Below, piece by piece: positions 62,400-64,000 of a stretch of 64,000 bases of DNA. Numbering within the stretch: the first letter of the stretch is position 1; each line of letters begins with the position of its first letter. Position numbers and translations under genes: made by a program. The DNA comes from an uncultured delta proteobacterium (GTDB lineage: Bacteria > Myxococcota > Myxococcia > SLRQ01). The notes beneath the pieces were generated by a model. The model saw only the letters and a list, made by a program, of their open reading frames with translations. It had not been told where the DNA came from and searched no databases. The stretch is taken from the NCBI GenBank assembly GCA_963727485.1, contig CAVSGM010000011.1, forward strand, positions 448,001 through 512,000, in the 5' to 3' direction.

Positions 62400-62984
62400 A
62401 TGAGCGAGATCCTGCTTCGTTCCCTCATTGCCCTGCGCGAGCACCTCCACGTCCGGCTGCGCGCCGCGGTGTCCCCAGGCGACCACGCCCTCATCGACGA
62501 CGGCCTCCTCCTGTGCGAGACCGCCATCGGCGACGTGGTCGGGCGCGCGCCCGACCTGGACGCGCTCCGGGCCCGCGGGCTCCTGGGCCCGCTGGACGGC
62601 AAGCTGCCCACCCGGTTCTTTCACGGCACCCGGGCGGCGCTGAAGCCGGGGGACCTCATCGAGCCGGGGCACCCCTCGAACTTCGGTCCGCAGGATCCGG
62701 CGACCTGGGTCTACCTCACCGGCACCCTGGATGCGGCCATCTGGGGCGCGGAGCTGGCGGTGGGCGAGGGGCCCGAGCGCATCTACGTGGTGGAGCCCAC
62801 CGGGGCGCTCACGCCCGACCCCAACCTCACCAAAGGGGGCGGCAACCCCACCGAGTCCTACCGCTCCCAGGCCCCGCTGCGGGTCACCGAAGAGCACACG
62901 GGCTGGACCGGGCACCCGCCCGAGTCGGTGAAGGCCATGAAGGCCCGGATCTCCCAGGCGGGGCTGAAGCCCCTCGACGACTGA
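62400..62984 (+). CDS. arr: NAD+--rifampin ADP-ribosyltransferase (Arr) homolog with ~65-aa N-terminal extension
   Basis: FFHGTRAALKPGDLIEPGHPSNF, VYLTGTLDAAIWGAELA, RIYVVEPTG, DPNLT...GNPTESYRS..PLRV, WTGHPPE. Confidence 0.85.
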   Translation: MSEILLRSLIALREHLHVRLRAAVSPGDHALIDDGLLLCETAIGDVVGRAPDLDALRARGLLGPLDGKLPTRFFHGTRAALKPGDLIEPGHPSNFGPQDPATWVYLTGTLDAAIWGAELAVGEGPERIYVVEPTGALTPDPNLTKGGGNPTESYRSQAPLRVTEEHTGWTGHPPESVKAMKARISQAGLKPLDD

Positions 62985-62996
62985 GCGGGCCCGCCC

Positions 62997-63737
62997 CTAC
63001 CGCCGCCGCATCGCCCGCCGGCCCTTGCCGCCGCGACCCCCGCCCATGGGCGAGGCGGCCATCTGCACCGGGGGCTTCTCCAGCATCAGGAGCCACCAGT
63101 CCTCGGCGTAGGGCTTCATCTTCATCTTGCGGTTGTTCTGCAGCGCCAGGAGGTTGTTCTTGATCCGCTCGTCCTCCTCCAGGTCCTTCACCTTCTGGGC
63201 CCGGACCAGGATGTCCATCGCCTCCTGCCGCTTGCCCCGCTTCCACTGGCACCAGGCAAAGGCGCTGTAGAGGATCCCCGACTTCTTGTTGTTGCGGATG
63301 GCGTCGTCGAAGGTCTTCTCCATCGCCTCGAAGTTCTTCTTCTTGTAGTGCCAGGCGGCGAGCATCGCCTTGGCCTGCCACTGCTTGTCGTAGGCGTTCT
63401 CGAGGTAGGGGATGGCCTTCTCGAACTCCTGCTTGTAGGCGTAGTAGATCATCCCGATCTGGGCATCGAGGGACGGCCCCACCAGGAACTGCCACCTGCC
63501 CAGCTTCTTCAGCTCCACCAGCCGGGCGATGGCCGGGTCGAAGCGCCGGGCCATGAGGTGCTTCTGGACCTCGGGCATGGCGGCGTCGAGCTTCTTGGAG
63601 GAGTAGCGGGCCAGCAGGTAGTAGGCGAGGGTGGTCGAGGCGACCCCGGGGAGGGCGGCGGCCACCGGGCCCACCGGCAGGGCCACGGCGATGAAGACCA
63701 CGGCGCCGATGGCGAGGCTGATGAGCAGGTTGAACAT
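62997..63737 (-). CDS. Membrane-anchored TPR protein
   Basis: Two N-terminal TM helices followed by TPR-like helices. Confidence 0.75.
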   Translation of the reverse strand: MFNLLISLAIGAVVFIAVALPVGPVAAALPGVASTTLAYYLLARYSSKKLDAAMPEVQKHLMARRFDPAIARLVELKKLGRWQFLVGPSLDAQIGMIYYAYKQEFEKAIPYLENAYDKQWQAKAMLAAWHYKKKNFEAMEKTFDDAIRNNKKSGILYSAFAWCQWKRGKRQEAMDILVRAQKVKDLEEDERIKNNLLALQNNRKMKMKPYAEDWWLLMLEKPPVQMAASPMGGGRGGKGRRAMRRR

Positions 63738-63795
63738 TTGGGAGTCCCTCTGTGCGGTCCTGTGGTAAGCGAGGCGGCGGCAACCTAGCGCATCT

Positions 63796-63878
63796 GGCCC
63801 TCTGGCGGAACGGCAGACGCGGCTGACTCAAAATCAGCTGTCCGAAAGGGCGTCCCGGTTCGAATCCGGGGAGGGCCA
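63796..63878 (+). tRNA. tRNA-Leu(CAA), CCA not encoded
   Basis: Acceptor stem GGCCCTC/GAGGGCC-A, anticodon arm GCTGA-CTCAAAA-TCAGC, long variable arm, T arm CCCGG-TTCGAAT-CCGGG. Confidence 0.95.
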
Positions 63879-63940
63879 CTCCTTACCACCCCGGGTCCCA
63901 CTCCCGGGCCCCGGGCCGGCGTGGTAGCGTCTACGGCATC

Positions 63941-64000
63941 ATGGGGAGGGGAGCCATCGGTCTCGCCTTGGCGGCGATGCTCGTGGGTGGGTGCCAGCGT
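63941..64000 (+). CDS. Start of a probable lipoprotein (partial)
   Basis: MGRGAIGLALAAMLVGGC lipoprotein signal running off the window edge. Confidence 0.45.
   Translation, partial: MGRGAIGLALAAMLVGGCQR

Noticed and set aside
61285..63878. tRNA-Leu-anchored genomic island carrying arr
   Set aside because: The accessory-looking genes lie 5' of the tRNA and are separated from it by an ordinary TPR gene. No integrase or duplicated tRNA 3' end is visible in the window.

Overview
Very GC-rich chromosomal window from a Myxococcota bacterium; no phage, IS, integrase or CRISPR array is recognisable. From left to right: (1) the distal adventurous-gliding cluster (end of gltF/cglF, gltG, gltH/cglE, ~12.5-kb gltI/agmK, gltJ/agmX), followed by two duplicated FHA-TM-TPR genes and a TPR/cNMP-binding gene; (2) ffh and a block with a sigma-54 promoter, ChbG-like deacetylase, enhancer-binding protein, receiver protein and GH35/42 hydrolase; (3) a HisKA_3/LuxR two-component pair with a peptidase, plus secreted proteins; (4) a nine-gene sulfur operon (CymR-like Rrf2, CysK, MoeB, TusA, ubiquitin-like carrier ending GG-R, CysM-like enzyme, JAB peptidase, APS kinase with a histone-H1-like tail, LarE); (5) a surface protein resembling a full two-domain BPI/LBP lipid-binding protein with a MYXO-CTERM-like anchor, paired with an outer-membrane beta-barrel (the top novelty candidate); (6) an RHH gene plus two microprotein ORFs; (7) truA, a miniature GltJ-like gene, a subtilase, clpX, a short Hsp70, PrkA, dCMP deaminase, an Arr-type rifamycin ADP-ribosyltransferase and tRNA-Leu(CAA). 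Many genes carry single-base frameshifts; seven sit at GATC read as GAATC/GATTC, which points to methylation-linked long-read errors rather than pseudogenes. All family calls come from motif recognition by eye, not database searches.
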